Source: Tetramitus jugosus (Eukaryota; Protista; Heterolobosea). From it: a DNA stretch of 64,000 bases. The stretch lies in NCBI GenBank assembly GCA_937625935.1, contig OW569387.1:1-64000 (forward strand), in the 5' to 3' direction. Below the pieces are notes generated by a model. The model worked only from the letters and a program-made list of their open reading frames with translations, was not told the origin of the DNA and searched no databases. The translations under genes were made by a program, and so were the position numbers. This document shows positions 46,932-58,060 of this stretch, one piece after another (position 1 is the first letter of the stretch; each line of letters starts with the position of its first letter).

Positions 46932-47882
46932 ATGACCCACCACCCATATGCGAATACACACAACTTTCGTTACAATGAAAATTTCAATACCACACGGGCG
47001 GCTGCCATAGTAAACGGTATCAAACTCAAAACAGAAGGCCTGAATTCTTTTCGGTTCTCTGACGATGATTATTGCAGCGGAAGTAGCAGTAGTGGAGACG
47101 ATTGTTACTATTCAGACGATCGCCGCACGACATCCCTTACCACAAACCAACAACAACAACTAGGATATACACTCAATGAATATGCAACAACAACTACAAC
47201 AACAACATCAACTGTAACAACACCCATTACGACAACAAGAGTCACAGGTCGATTTCAAGTCAAGGAGGTGCTCACACCAACGGAATCAACAACCAAAGTT
47301 CGCTTTCCAAGTGGTTCTTCTCCAAGACATGCAACAACAACAACAACAAACAACACTACTACGCCGACGACTCCTAAGATTGCAACCACACCTACCACAA
47401 GACTACAACAACAGCAGAAACAGGACAACAACAAAAGGCCAACAACTGCAGCTCTACAACTAGGACAGCTTCTGCATCATACTGAGCAAGAGAACAGCAC
47501 AAAAGAATCAATCAAGAGCTTTCAAAAGCAACTGAGTCGGTTATCCTATGAGAATGAAAAGCAAATGAAGCTCATAAGGGCACTCTTTGTCATATCACAG
47601 GAACAACAAAAGACTACTCAGAAGCAACAACAACAACAACAACAACAGGGATCCTTTATGACATCGTCGCCTGCATCCCCCTTGTCATCCATGTTCTCTT
47701 CCTCTTCTCCGTATCATCATCACCAACCATCGAAACAGCCTTCATCGTCGTTGAGTGATCTTGTTCTTCAATTGGAGAATCAAATCTCTCATTTGCTCGA
47801 AGAGAATTCAGAGCTCAAGAGAGAAAATCAGAGTTTGAAACAGCAAGTACAATGTTTGCGATGTGGCGCCAACTGGGAATAG
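46932..47882 (+). CDS. Low-complexity protein with RFxV motif and C-terminal leucine zipper
   Basis: GRFQV, a central coil QLSRLSYENEKQMKLI, and a zipper LENQISHLLEENSELKRENQSLKQQV. Confidence 0.75.
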   Translation: MTHHPYANTHNFRYNENFNTTRAAAIVNGIKLKTEGLNSFRFSDDDYCSGSSSSGDDCYYSDDRRTTSLTTNQQQQLGYTLNEYATTTTTTTSTVTTPITTTRVTGRFQVKEVLTPTESTTKVRFPSGSSPRHATTTTTNNTTTPTTPKIATTPTTRLQQQQKQDNNKRPTTAALQLGQLLHHTEQENSTKESIKSFQKQLSRLSYENEKQMKLIRALFVISQEQQKTTQKQQQQQQQQGSFMTSSPASPLSSMFSSSSPYHHHQPSKQPSSSLSDLVLQLENQISHLLEENSELKRENQSLKQQVQCLRCGANWE

Positions 47883-48083
47883 TCTAGGATCAATAAAAAA
47901 TATTGTAGATGGTTTGTCGCCTTGTGAAAAAAATCATCCATCACCCCCTCATCCGATGTCGTCTATGTCATCACCTTTTCGTACGCGAAGCCGAAACAGC
48001 GGTTCTCTTTTGGTCGAAGTCCACGAAACGAAAAACTGAACATCCACAATATCACACAACGACGCAGCACCAACGAAACAAGG

Positions 48084-50342
48084 ATGACAACACTTGAAGA
48101 AGCATCATCACAAGACGAATGCACATTGGACAATACACAAAATGAAATGATGATGACAGCGCCGTCAACTGGCAGAAATCGAAATTTTTCAGTTGCTCGT
48201 GGTCGTGTTCACAGAGGTTACTCTCTCATTTCACCGCACCCACCACCAACAAGTGCCACCACCACCACCACCACGATGTCCTCTTCTTCTCTTATCGAAC
48301 AACAACATCGACGCGACAATCGTAGAGCTGTCGTACATGGCGCCAATTCCCTATTGAGTTCTTCGCCTGTTTCTGCAGAAAATCAATACTCTTCTGATGA
48401 ACAATCACAACAATCAACCTCTTCATCATTCCCCACTCGCAATACTCCATTATCAACAACGTCCATAACGACTTCGAGGTCACTCTCCTCTCCCTCCCTA
48501 CTCATCTCCTCTTCATTCACATCACCTACCATCACTTCTACTACTACTACTACTACTACTACTACTGGTACATCTACCATCAACAACACCAACACTATCA
48601 ATACAACAACCTCCTCTACTTCAACATTCTCCGGCAACAACAACAATAGTAGTAATAGTAGTAATTGTAATAATAATAATAATAATAGTAATCAAAGCAA
48701 TAAGAAAAAGAAGTCAATCATGTCAAGTAAGAAATCATCTTCACGTCATAGTATTGATACCAATGATGATGACTCTCATCATTCACCCTTACCAATTTCA
48801 TCATCATCATCATCACCAGCAGTCTACTCGTATTGTTCGAGTCACAGCAACACTCCTCTCATTTCCTATGTCAACAATCCAAAAATTCATATTAAAAACA
48901 CAATTGTCAATGACTCACCACCATCATCCCATCGAACCATTACTGATGGATGTCTATGCAAAATCAATTATTCAATTCAATACGTGGCAAACAACAACAA
49001 CAACAACAACAACAATACTACTACTACTAATCATCATCATCATCATAGTAACAACAACAAGAGAAACAGTATGAAATCATCAAATGCCACACTAAGTTCA
49101 ACCAATAATAATAGTAGTAGTGGCAGTGTTGCAACATTGATTGAACAGGCAGATAATGTGAATTTTGTGTTTGGTAGTGGAGAGTTAAGTTCATTGATTG
49201 AAGATTGTGTTCATCAAATGAATGGACCAGGTGAAATGTCACTGTTTATTTGTGAAGTGTTTGATTATTTTGAACCGTGGGAAATGGATTATTGTCATCG
49301 ACATTTGGAACCATTGAAGGAATTGTTGACGAGAAACTTCAGTCATAGTAATAATAAGAATAATAATAATAGTCATCATCATCATCATCATCATCATGGT
49401 GGTAGTAGAAATAGTAGTGATGGTAGTGGAAGTGGTAGTCCTCGTGGACAACAAGCAACAACAACAACAACGAACACACGGTTTCACTTTGAAATTGTAA
49501 TTGATTTAAAGTCAGTTGTATCAGAGGAAGAACAGTGGTGGAGCTTCATGAATCATGGTCGTGCCATGCACGAGAGTGATCGAATGCTAGAAGGTGTGAT
49601 TCAACAGAAACAAAAGGAAGCCAAAGCACTCGTCATGGAACAGAGGTATGCATTGGCAGCGAGACAATTGGAGAGAGTGTTTGATTTGTTGGAGAGTTTT
49701 TGTGAGGCAACAGAGCACAAGTATCTCAGGAAGAAAAAGTCAAAGATGGATCAGTTGGCAGTGTCATTATTGTTCGATTTGGCCAACACGTATCATATGG
49801 ATCAGCGAGTACAGTTGGCAATCGATACAGCTGGGTTGATTTTGGGCATGGATCCGTTGAATGTGGAAGCATTGGTCCTGCGTGCTCATTTCTATCAAAC
49901 GAGAAATGACTTGAAGTGTGCCATGGAGGGATACATACGAGCAGTGGATATGAGTGCGGATGAAAAGGTTCGAAACATGATACAGAACAATATTCAAACA
50001 ATAACGGAATGTCTCGGCAAGTATCAAGTCGAGATTATAGGCACGAAATCGGAGGGAGACACCACCTTTTATCACATTCACTTGGTGAATCAATTGGCTG
50101 GTGTTGACTTCAAATTTTATTCACGGTATAGAACAATGAAGAAACTGTATGACATGCTAGCGAAGAAAGTGCCCAAGCTGGGACAAGTTATCTCTTTCCC
50201 GCAAGGTTCATGGTTCTTCAGCAATTCGGCAAGTGTGATCAATGACCGCAAAGAAAAGCTCAATCAATTCTTGAAGTATTTGCTGTCGAGTCAGATTGCC
50301 AGCCAACATGAAGAAGCCAGACAATTCTTTATTCAAACGTAG
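48084..50342 (+). CDS. FKBP-like + TPR + PX domain protein
   Basis: FKBP-like segment GCLCKINY...FVFGSGELSSLIEDCVHQM..GEMSLF...FEIVIDLKSV. TPR segment LGMDPLNVEALVLRA. PX segment TFYHI...SRYRTMKKLY...FPQGSWF...NDRKEKLNQFL. Confidence 0.8.
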   Translation: MTTLEEASSQDECTLDNTQNEMMMTAPSTGRNRNFSVARGRVHRGYSLISPHPPPTSATTTTTTMSSSSLIEQQHRRDNRRAVVHGANSLLSSSPVSAENQYSSDEQSQQSTSSSFPTRNTPLSTTSITTSRSLSSPSLLISSSFTSPTITSTTTTTTTTTGTSTINNTNTINTTTSSTSTFSGNNNNSSNSSNCNNNNNNSNQSNKKKKSIMSSKKSSSRHSIDTNDDDSHHSPLPISSSSSSPAVYSYCSSHSNTPLISYVNNPKIHIKNTIVNDSPPSSHRTITDGCLCKINYSIQYVANNNNNNNNNTTTTNHHHHHSNNNKRNSMKSSNATLSSTNNNSSSGSVATLIEQADNVNFVFGSGELSSLIEDCVHQMNGPGEMSLFICEVFDYFEPWEMDYCHRHLEPLKELLTRNFSHSNNKNNNNSHHHHHHHHGGSRNSSDGSGSGSPRGQQATTTTTNTRFHFEIVIDLKSVVSEEEQWWSFMNHGRAMHESDRMLEGVIQQKQKEAKALVMEQRYALAARQLERVFDLLESFCEATEHKYLRKKKSKMDQLAVSLLFDLANTYHMDQRVQLAIDTAGLILGMDPLNVEALVLRAHFYQTRNDLKCAMEGYIRAVDMSADEKVRNMIQNNIQTITECLGKYQVEIIGTKSEGDTTFYHIHLVNQLAGVDFKFYSRYRTMKKLYDMLAKKVPKLGQVISFPQGSWFFSNSASVINDRKEKLNQFLKYLLSSQIASQHEEARQFFIQT

Positions 50343-51253
50343 TCACGCTTCTTTCTCATTAAATTCTGTTTCCTCAGTTTAGTTTTCGTTTTCAATAATT
50401 TCAATAATGTCAATTCGGTCCACGCTTTGACTTTTCTCGGCTTGTATTTGTACCCCACAGACTTGATACAGAAAAAGTCAACGTCTTCCCAAAACTTGAT
50501 ACTTTGCATGGTTGTCAACTGCTGGATATCAAAGGATATATCATTTCCGTTCAAGTGGTCAATAATCAATTGAAATCCCTCTCCATTTCGATTGACGAAA
50601 ATCTCACCATCTTCATCAATTGGATCTTCAAACGATCCACTTAACAATCCTGAGAAGTAACTTGGTTCCTTTAAGAGAACATCTCTCGATACTCTGTATT
50701 CCATGTTGTTGAACACGATTTTAAGTTTTTGGTTCGATGTTTCAACATGTTGGTTCAGCTTATCATCCAAGCGAGACAATTGATTGATCTTCTTGTCCAG
50801 TAGCGTCACTTCCTTATCGAACAATTGCTTTAGCTCCGAAACAAACTTTTCTTGTTGCTCTTGAATGGAAGAGAGCATCTTGGATTGTTCTCTGAGAAAA
50901 TGATCACTTAAGTTCTCTGACAGCTCCTTGTATTGATTCTGTACTCTTTCATTTACTTCTGTCGTCTTTTGTTGTATAACGGAAATCAACTGACTTGGGG
51001 AAAGATTTTGTTCTTTTGACATGATTAGGATTTGTTGAATGAATTCAAGGTGATTTCGTGGAACAAGTAACTTGATTGTATTGTGTCGACGATCTTCTCC
51101 CCGAGGTTCATTTTGGGACATCCAGAGAGTGAAAAAAGTTCTTTGGTTGGGTAACCTCGACAAATCAAAAGTGCTGCCTCGAAGTTGAAATCTTACAGCA
51201 TCACTTATTTCCTCAGAGATGAGTCCAGAAATGCCCTGCTCTGAGGACTGCAT
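50333..51253 (-). CDS. Coiled-coil + BTB/POZ (KCTD/T1-type) protein, possibly 3'-truncated
   Basis: SRDVLLKEPSYFSGLLSG...GEIFVNRNGEGFQLIIDHL...EDVDFFCI. The stop overlaps the PX gene stop by 10 nt. Confidence 0.8.
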   Translation of the reverse strand: MQSSEQGISGLISEEISDAVRFQLRGSTFDLSRLPNQRTFFTLWMSQNEPRGEDRRHNTIKLLVPRNHLEFIQQILIMSKEQNLSPSQLISVIQQKTTEVNERVQNQYKELSENLSDHFLREQSKMLSSIQEQQEKFVSELKQLFDKEVTLLDKKINQLSRLDDKLNQHVETSNQKLKIVFNNMEYRVSRDVLLKEPSYFSGLLSGSFEDPIDEDGEIFVNRNGEGFQLIIDHLNGNDISFDIQQLTTMQSIKFWEDVDFFCIKSVGYKYKPRKVKAWTELTLLKLLKTKTKLRKQNLMRKKRDYV

Positions 51254-51963
51254 TCAGTCATATCCTATGACTTTCTATGGTGTTGCATCTATGGTCTCAT
51301 GACTTTCGAGTGATGGAAGAATCATCCAAACAACAAAACAAATTGAAGGTTGGTACCTTTTGTTGTTTCAGGAGATTACATTACTACAGGAATTGAAATG
51401 TCCAAATATCGTGAAGTTCTTAGGGATGTAGCAAAAGGTGTTCTGTCATTGATCATAATGTACAAACCTGTTCAAGAAACGAAAGCTTTAAAAGATTGTT
51501 TTCGGGTCTTTTGCTCCGTCCTTTGTTCCACGTTACCTGGCAACAGTCTAGTTCGCTCTTAACATTTTCGAAGCGACGAAACGATTCAGGGCCAAACCAG
51601 AGACTCTCTGTACTATCGAGTACTTTAGTGGTATACATAGGGGACATAATCTCTCTGAGAGTAACAGTCGACACAATGTTGTTGTCAGTGTCAATAAGAT
51701 GAATTTTCCCCAGGCATACATCTAGCCAACAGACTCTCAAGTGACCAACTGGAAAAGATGAGTCCTAATCAGAGAAAGTTGTTCAATGAGTATATTCAAT
51801 CGGATTGACCAAGTACCTCTTCAATAAACAGGCCCTCGGACTCAAGCATGCGGAATCCGCAGCTTTCTCGGACATCAAGTTTCACCAACAGATTTCACAA
51901 AGCCTCGAAAAAACAAAACAACATTCTCCTACTACTCTCAAGTTGAATTGCTTTGTCTATACG

Positions 51964-52956
51964 ATGCCGTATCTCGTTCTGCCCAATGCCAAGCACCTGG
52001 TCTATTATGACAAGAGAACTCCACAACAACAAAATCTCGATGATGATGACTCAACCACAGCCACTGCCATCGTGTTCATGCATCATGCCACTGGAAGTCA
52101 ACTCGATTGGAGAGATCAAATGTCATTCTTCTCTTCTCATGCACCCTTTCAATGCGTTGCTTATGATCGATTTGGTTTTGGTCAATCGATTCCTGAATTT
52201 GCAACTCGCAACTATGAAGCAACGGAGCACGTTGTTGTTGGAGCTGAGAAGAAGAAGAGCTTTTTGTTTGAGCAAGATGAGTATCACAAGAATGGAGTGA
52301 CTGAGAACTCGTTAGAGTACTACAATAAGGGATTGTTGGAGCTATGTGATGTGCTGGAGCAGTTGAATCTACAGCGCATTATTCTTGTGGGTCACAGTGA
52401 TGGTGCGACATTGTCTTTGCTCGCGGCATCGGGTCAAGGTTCAACCATGGGTGATTGGAAATTACCCGAGTCCGCTCGGAGCTTATTGAAGGAGAGAATT
52501 GTGGCTGTGGTGGCAGAGAGTCCGCACATGTGGTTTGATGAGACAACTCTGCAACCAGGTTTTGATATCTTTGAGAAGAATGTGGAGTCAACAGATAGGT
52601 TCTGGAAAGCAACGACGAGAGATCAACTGACGGAGCACTATAGTAAGATTGTGGTGAATCGTTGGAAGAACACTTGGGTGAATAATGAGCGCATGAAGCA
52701 TTGGGATGAAAGAGAGTGTTTGCCTCATATTGAATGCCCTACGTTGGTGATTCATGGAATGAAGGATCCGTTCTTTACGGTTGATCATAGCAAAACCATT
52801 GTCGATTTGATTAATCGAAATGATCCTCATAGGGCGACATTAACCACATTTGATCAGGCAGCTCATACGCCTCACCGAGAACAGATTGCACCATTCAATT
52901 CAACTGTCCTGTCTTTTATTAACAAGCACAAGAATAAGTTATTGAGGATTCTGTAA
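51964..52956 (+). CDS. Alpha/beta hydrolase (GHSDG type)
   Basis: YDRFGFGQS, nucleophile GHSDG, IHGMKDPF (Asp) and AHTPH (His). Confidence 0.92.
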   Translation: MPYLVLPNAKHLVYYDKRTPQQQNLDDDDSTTATAIVFMHHATGSQLDWRDQMSFFSSHAPFQCVAYDRFGFGQSIPEFATRNYEATEHVVVGAEKKKSFLFEQDEYHKNGVTENSLEYYNKGLLELCDVLEQLNLQRIILVGHSDGATLSLLAASGQGSTMGDWKLPESARSLLKERIVAVVAESPHMWFDETTLQPGFDIFEKNVESTDRFWKATTRDQLTEHYSKIVVNRWKNTWVNNERMKHWDERECLPHIECPTLVIHGMKDPFFTVDHSKTIVDLINRNDPHRATLTTFDQAAHTPHREQIAPFNSTVLSFINKHKNKLLRIL

Positions 52957-53012
52957 ATTGTGTAATTGAATAATTTGTAGCAACTATGTCAGGGGAATGA
53001 AGAATATCTCTT

Positions 53013-54017
53013 TTACAAAGAAACAACCTTTCCAGACACAGCACTCTGCATCACAGCATCCAACACAATCATGTTCAAAAGTGTTTCTTCTCCCCACTTC
53101 TTGGACTCCTTGCTCTCAGGATTGGCAGCATCAAGCACGAAACGATCCAATAAATTAATGATTCTTGGCTTGTTCACCTTTGCTTCCACCGGGGTTCCAT
53201 CGAACAAGTATTGAGCAGGCTCATCACTCATAAAACTCAAGTGCAAAACTGTGTGATCCACAGTGACATACTCGGCCACTTGTCTCTTTGTTTCGCGGAA
53301 GGAGCAATTGAATGTGGCAATACGATTACCAGAGAATGATATCCAAGCGTCGCATCTCACAGGAACACCATGTTCCTCGTCAAACAGAGCAGTTGCTTGA
53401 ACACTGACAGGCTTTTCATAACCATACGCCCACAAAATGTTTCTCACATTGTACCATGCCAAATCACCAATGGCACCCTGTGGTTCAAGTTCCTTGTTGA
53501 GACGAATGTTGGATGAATCGCCCAAGTGGAATGACAAGCTACTGTTCACTCTTTGGAGTGCCCCAGAGTTGCCTGATGATGATGATGGAAACATGTGAGA
53601 GCTCAACTCGTGAGACTTGATCTGCACATTGATATCACCATGAACAAACATGGTGTTATCCATGAAATGCACACCATTGTTTCTGCATGCCTCCAAAATC
53701 TTTTGTACATCACTTGCACTTGCAATTGGCTTATCACACAACACGTGTTTACCTGCATTGGCAGCCTTGATGGCCCACTCTGTCTTGTGACTCGTTGGCA
53801 ATGGGATATAAATGGCTTGAATGCCCTCATCTCTCAACAACTCGTCATAGGAACCATAGGCACGAGGAATATTGTTGGCCTGAGCAAATTCTTGAGCCTT
53901 TGGAAGGTTTCTTGACGCAACAGCCAAGACACTGGTGGATTCACATTGGTGCATGTGTGCAACCATGGCAACGGCAATGTTGGCAGTAGAGAGAATACCG
54001 AATTGGAGAGTAGTCAT
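53013..54017 (-). CDS. Gfo/Idh/MocA family NAD(P)-dependent oxidoreductase
   Basis: FGILSTANIA, AVASR, YGSYDELL, YIPLP, GKHVLCDKP, NIR and GAIGDLAWY. Confidence 0.95.
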   Translation of the reverse strand: MTTLQFGILSTANIAVAMVAHMHQCESTSVLAVASRNLPKAQEFAQANNIPRAYGSYDELLRDEGIQAIYIPLPTSHKTEWAIKAANAGKHVLCDKPIASASDVQKILEACRNNGVHFMDNTMFVHGDINVQIKSHELSSHMFPSSSSGNSGALQRVNSSLSFHLGDSSNIRLNKELEPQGAIGDLAWYNVRNILWAYGYEKPVSVQATALFDEEHGVPVRCDAWISFSGNRIATFNCSFRETKRQVAEYVTVDHTVLHLSFMSDEPAQYLFDGTPVEAKVNKPRIINLLDRFVLDAANPESKESKKWGEETLLNMIVLDAVMQSAVSGKVVSL

Positions 54018-55000
54018 CTTCTTCTTTGGAGAGTATGTCACAGTACTGGTGGTGTGTTTGCTTTTATGGGGTTTCAGTTTGCTCAAAAAGCCTTGTGATC
54101 TCGAGAAGGTGTCGGATCAAGAAATCGCATTCGGGTGCGGAGAATGTCATGCGGCGACATGAAAAATTCACACCACTATTCACAGACGAGAGTACTCCAT
54201 TCTATTTCATTTTATCATTTGGGAGAGATTGAAGAGTAAAGAATGGAGATGTTGAGTCTTCGAAGAACGATATCGCAATTGTTTTCGTGATGTGTTTTTT
54301 GTTCGACGGGATGCCTGGACCTGGCAATAGCTCCCCAGATCTGGGTTGACCTGGGAGATGCCGATGTTGCCCGATGGAATGCATCAACTGTAGAACTGGA
54401 AGGTGTTTCACCTCGGTGTTTTACAGGATATCCTTTTCCACGGGTAACACGCGTTTAATCTCCCACATAACACAGCCAATCATCTATTGTGTTGTTCGAA
54501 AGGCATTCAATACAATAATTGTCCGAAAGCGAATTCCTTCTGGAGCCAGCTATTTTTTCTTCGCATGGGTCAAAGGACCTTGACCAAGCACTGCCGATTC
54601 TCGTCAATCTCTTATTTTAATAAACCGCAACCACCTTCCGACTTGTATCTAATGGCAAGTTTCCAGAAGAGAGCAAGATATATCATCAGATTCGCAACCG
54701 TTGCTCTCACACACCAACCTTAAAAGATCTCCTTCCATCAAAGAAAGAACAAACCTAAAAAAACCAAAAAAAAACCCTTTCTTCCCACCACTTCCACTCA
54801 GCTTCTCTGCTGCCAAAGCACACTTGTGGCCGGGAAAGAAAAAAACTTCCAACCAACTAACTACTCACACAAAAAAAGAACTCACTCGTTCAACAACAAC
54901 TTTTCTCTGTGTTCCATTGTACATACAACAACTACAACAACAGTCAACAGTCGTATTATAGCAACAACAACAACAACAACAACAACTCACATCACACTCA

Positions 55001-58000
55001 ATGAACAACAACTCACAATACAAGCTGGATCATGTGGACCTAAAGTTGCGCACAGTCACACCAGAAGAGTCACCACTTCAACTGCATCGACTCACCAATC
55101 CCATTGATGTGACTATGCAAGTCAACGCCATGAACAACAGCACTAACAATAACACTAACAATAGTAGTAACAATGGAGAATTGTATAGCATTGAAGTTCG
55201 GTTAGAAAAATTGATGAATCACCAGTGGATCGACTGTAATCCCAATCCAACCAAAGGCAACGAAATTCGTCCACTCTTCAAAGACATTAGTATTCAAATG
55301 ACAGTCAACAATGGACTCAAGAGTCGAGTGATTATCCCTTCGCACGTCTCTCCCAAAGATGGTCAATTCTTGTACTTTCAAATTCCTGCCACGCCTTCTT
55401 CATCATCACCTACAACAACAACTAGTAGCACAACTGCAACTACAAATACTAATAATAACAACAATGCAAGACACAATTTAACGTTCGAGTTGGTGATTAA
55501 AATGAACACATCAAAGGAGAAGCAAGGTTACAAGAGAGGTCAAGATGCCATCTTTCGTTTCTCTTTTCAATTGATGAAGCATGATACTCGGACTAGTATG
55601 ATGACCCGAGTCAATCAAGTCAACAGTTTCCACTTTGGTATCATTAATCATGGTAAGACAAACAAGGCTGCTAAAATGTATGCAGGCAAGGGTACAAGTA
55701 GTACGAGTACTACCACCACCAATGATAACAGTAGTAATCTATTGTCAGCATCACCATTGTCTTCTTCATCTTCTCCCTCACCTTCACCATCACCATTGCA
55801 TCAACAACAGTATTTGACAAGTAGTGGTACAAGTGGTGGTCAACTGAGAAAATCACCATCAAACACAAGTATGACCAGTACGACTCCAACTGCTTCTCAT
55901 AATCAAGATGCTTCCCCCACTGGTTCCATCTCCTCTCCCATTCACTACAATATCAATAGTAGTAACATGAATGTGAGTGGTCAATCACCAATGATGTATC
56001 AACAACCACAACCACAACAACAAGTCAATCAATCATCATCACCTTCCAATGCCTTTTCTTCACTGTGTGATTTGGATCCAGTCAGTCTCATGACATTCCT
56101 ACAGAGTAATCCACAATTTCAACAGCAATTGATGGAATTTGCCAATGAGAAGAATGGGTACAAGGATCTTGCTGAATCCATCAAGTTGTTGACTGTGTTT
56201 GATCAACGTCAACAGCAACAGCAACAACAACAGAATGGTGGCAGTGTGTTTTTTCAGTCCATGAATAACAATGCCAACAATGGTTCACAAGTATCGCCTT
56301 GTCCATCCTCTGCCTCGTCATTTGCCAGTAGTGGATCCTCTACGGATTCAGCTGGTGAAATGCTAAAGTTTGAAGATTTGTTCTCCTCGGGTGGTGTGAA
56401 TGGTGATTTGGATTGGAACATGGATGATATTGACTGTTTTGATTCCATGATGGAAGAAGGTGATTTGTTGGGCAGTGATGATATTCTGACGTTGGCTGAT
56501 GATTTCAAGTTGGATGAGATCTTTTCGGTTCCTCGAGGCTCTGACCAACAACAAAAACAGCAGCAGCAGCAACTGCAACAGCAACAGATGCAACAACTGC
56601 AGTTCCAACAACAGCAACAAATGGCATGGTATGCACAACAGCAACAAGCCATGTTGATGCAACAACAACAACAGCAGAACATGATGGGATTAACTGGTCA
56701 ACAACAACAGCGACAACAAACCATGAGTGGTGGATTCTATGACTTGTTGACAAATAATAGTCAGAATGTCATGCTCAATGGTTTTGCGACAGTGCAACAA
56801 CAGCAACAGTATTTGCAAGCCATGCAGCAGCAACAGTTGCTTCTTGCTCAGCAACAGCAGCAAATGCAATGGAACAATCCAAATGCCTTTATTCCACAAC
56901 AGCAGCAACAACAACAGAGACAAGCAGGCGTACAGTACGTGCCCAACACGCGCAACATGTACAATGCTCACATGTCCATGAGTTCATACGAGGAAGAAGA
57001 AGAAGACGAAATGATCAAGAGTGACTTGATTATGGCTCCTTCAAGAACAAGAACAATTGCCATCAATGCACAATCTGCCTACACTGACGAAGAAACAGAA
57101 GAAAAACCCATTGATATGTCTCAATTCAACTTTGGAAACAAGAAGCCAGTCTCCATTCATCAAGCGTATAGCATGATGGAGTCCGATTCTGTGACTGTCA
57201 CTCAGAGCTTGAAAGCCAAGAAGGAGGAATCCATGCTCGAAAAAAGAAAGAAAATGGCTTCTCCAAAGATGCTCAGATCAGAATCTGTCAGTGCATATTC
57301 ACCAAAGCCTAGCGCTGCTCCATCAGTTACATCCTCATCAAGATCTTTGCGTATGTCTGTTACAAGCACTGTATCATCTGGAAAGGGTGGTGCAGCTCCT
57401 CCTGCTGTTCGTATGTCTCATGCTCCTGCTCCTGCTCCCTCCATGTTTGCTGCTGTCGAATCTGCAGACCTATTCGAAGAACTTACTCAATCACCAGTAT
57501 TCAAGATTGCTTCATTCGATCTCTCACCAGCTCCACCTGCTGCCGCTCCTGCTCTGCCTGTTAGGGAAGAGGAAGAAGCTGAGGAACACCTTCTTGAAGG
57601 CATTAGCAAGATGTCTCTGCGCAATAATAACACAAGCAATAAGAGAATTATTTCATTCAAGGCAAGAAATCTCAATCAACCACAGAATGAAAAGATAAGA
57701 TTCATTCGCAGAGGCAAATCAAAGGTGCCAGTGTTTGAAATTGGAGAATCCATTCAATTCACTGTCGGTCCACTAGATGTAAATAACAAGTTGGAAGCCA
57801 TGATCTATCTGTCCAACATGCCCAACAAAACAATGCTAGAGTTTGACGGAGTTGACAGCCGACTGACGAACACCTTGTTCACTCAACTAAACAAGGATGG
57901 TCAAACTGCTACATTGGACACCAAGCAATTGAAACAATCCAAGAGATTAATAGTGCTCTCATTATTTATTAAGATGCACGCACATGATAGTCAAAAATCT

Positions 58001-58060
58001 CAAGTTGCAATTGTGAATAAGCCAATACTATTGGTACCCAAGGGCACTATGAGTAAATAA
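55001..58060 (+). CDS. PolyQ protein with N-terminal putative Ig-fold (p53/STAT/CBP60-like) DNA-binding domain
   Basis: Beta-rich N-domain ending FELVIKMNTSKE..GYKRG..AIFRFSFQL...NSFHFGIINHGK, followed by acidic/hydrophobic and polyQ tracts and a C-terminal beta domain. Confidence 0.6.
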   Translation: MNNNSQYKLDHVDLKLRTVTPEESPLQLHRLTNPIDVTMQVNAMNNSTNNNTNNSSNNGELYSIEVRLEKLMNHQWIDCNPNPTKGNEIRPLFKDISIQMTVNNGLKSRVIIPSHVSPKDGQFLYFQIPATPSSSSPTTTTSSTTATTNTNNNNNARHNLTFELVIKMNTSKEKQGYKRGQDAIFRFSFQLMKHDTRTSMMTRVNQVNSFHFGIINHGKTNKAAKMYAGKGTSSTSTTTTNDNSSNLLSASPLSSSSSPSPSPSPLHQQQYLTSSGTSGGQLRKSPSNTSMTSTTPTASHNQDASPTGSISSPIHYNINSSNMNVSGQSPMMYQQPQPQQQVNQSSSPSNAFSSLCDLDPVSLMTFLQSNPQFQQQLMEFANEKNGYKDLAESIKLLTVFDQRQQQQQQQQNGGSVFFQSMNNNANNGSQVSPCPSSASSFASSGSSTDSAGEMLKFEDLFSSGGVNGDLDWNMDDIDCFDSMMEEGDLLGSDDILTLADDFKLDEIFSVPRGSDQQQKQQQQQLQQQQMQQLQFQQQQQMAWYAQQQQAMLMQQQQQQNMMGLTGQQQQRQQTMSGGFYDLLTNNSQNVMLNGFATVQQQQQYLQAMQQQQLLLAQQQQQMQWNNPNAFIPQQQQQQQRQAGVQYVPNTRNMYNAHMSMSSYEEEEEDEMIKSDLIMAPSRTRTIAINAQSAYTDEETEEKPIDMSQFNFGNKKPVSIHQAYSMMESDSVTVTQSLKAKKEESMLEKRKKMASPKMLRSESVSAYSPKPSAAPSVTSSSRSLRMSVTSTVSSGKGGAAPPAVRMSHAPAPAPSMFAAVESADLFEELTQSPVFKIASFDLSPAPPAAAPALPVREEEEAEEHLLEGISKMSLRNNNTSNKRIISFKARNLNQPQNEKIRFIRRGKSKVPVFEIGESIQFTVGPLDVNNKLEAMIYLSNMPNKTMLEFDGVDSRLTNTLFTQLNKDGQTATLDTKQLKQSKRLIVLSLFIKMHAHDSQKSQVAIVNKPILLVPKGTMSK

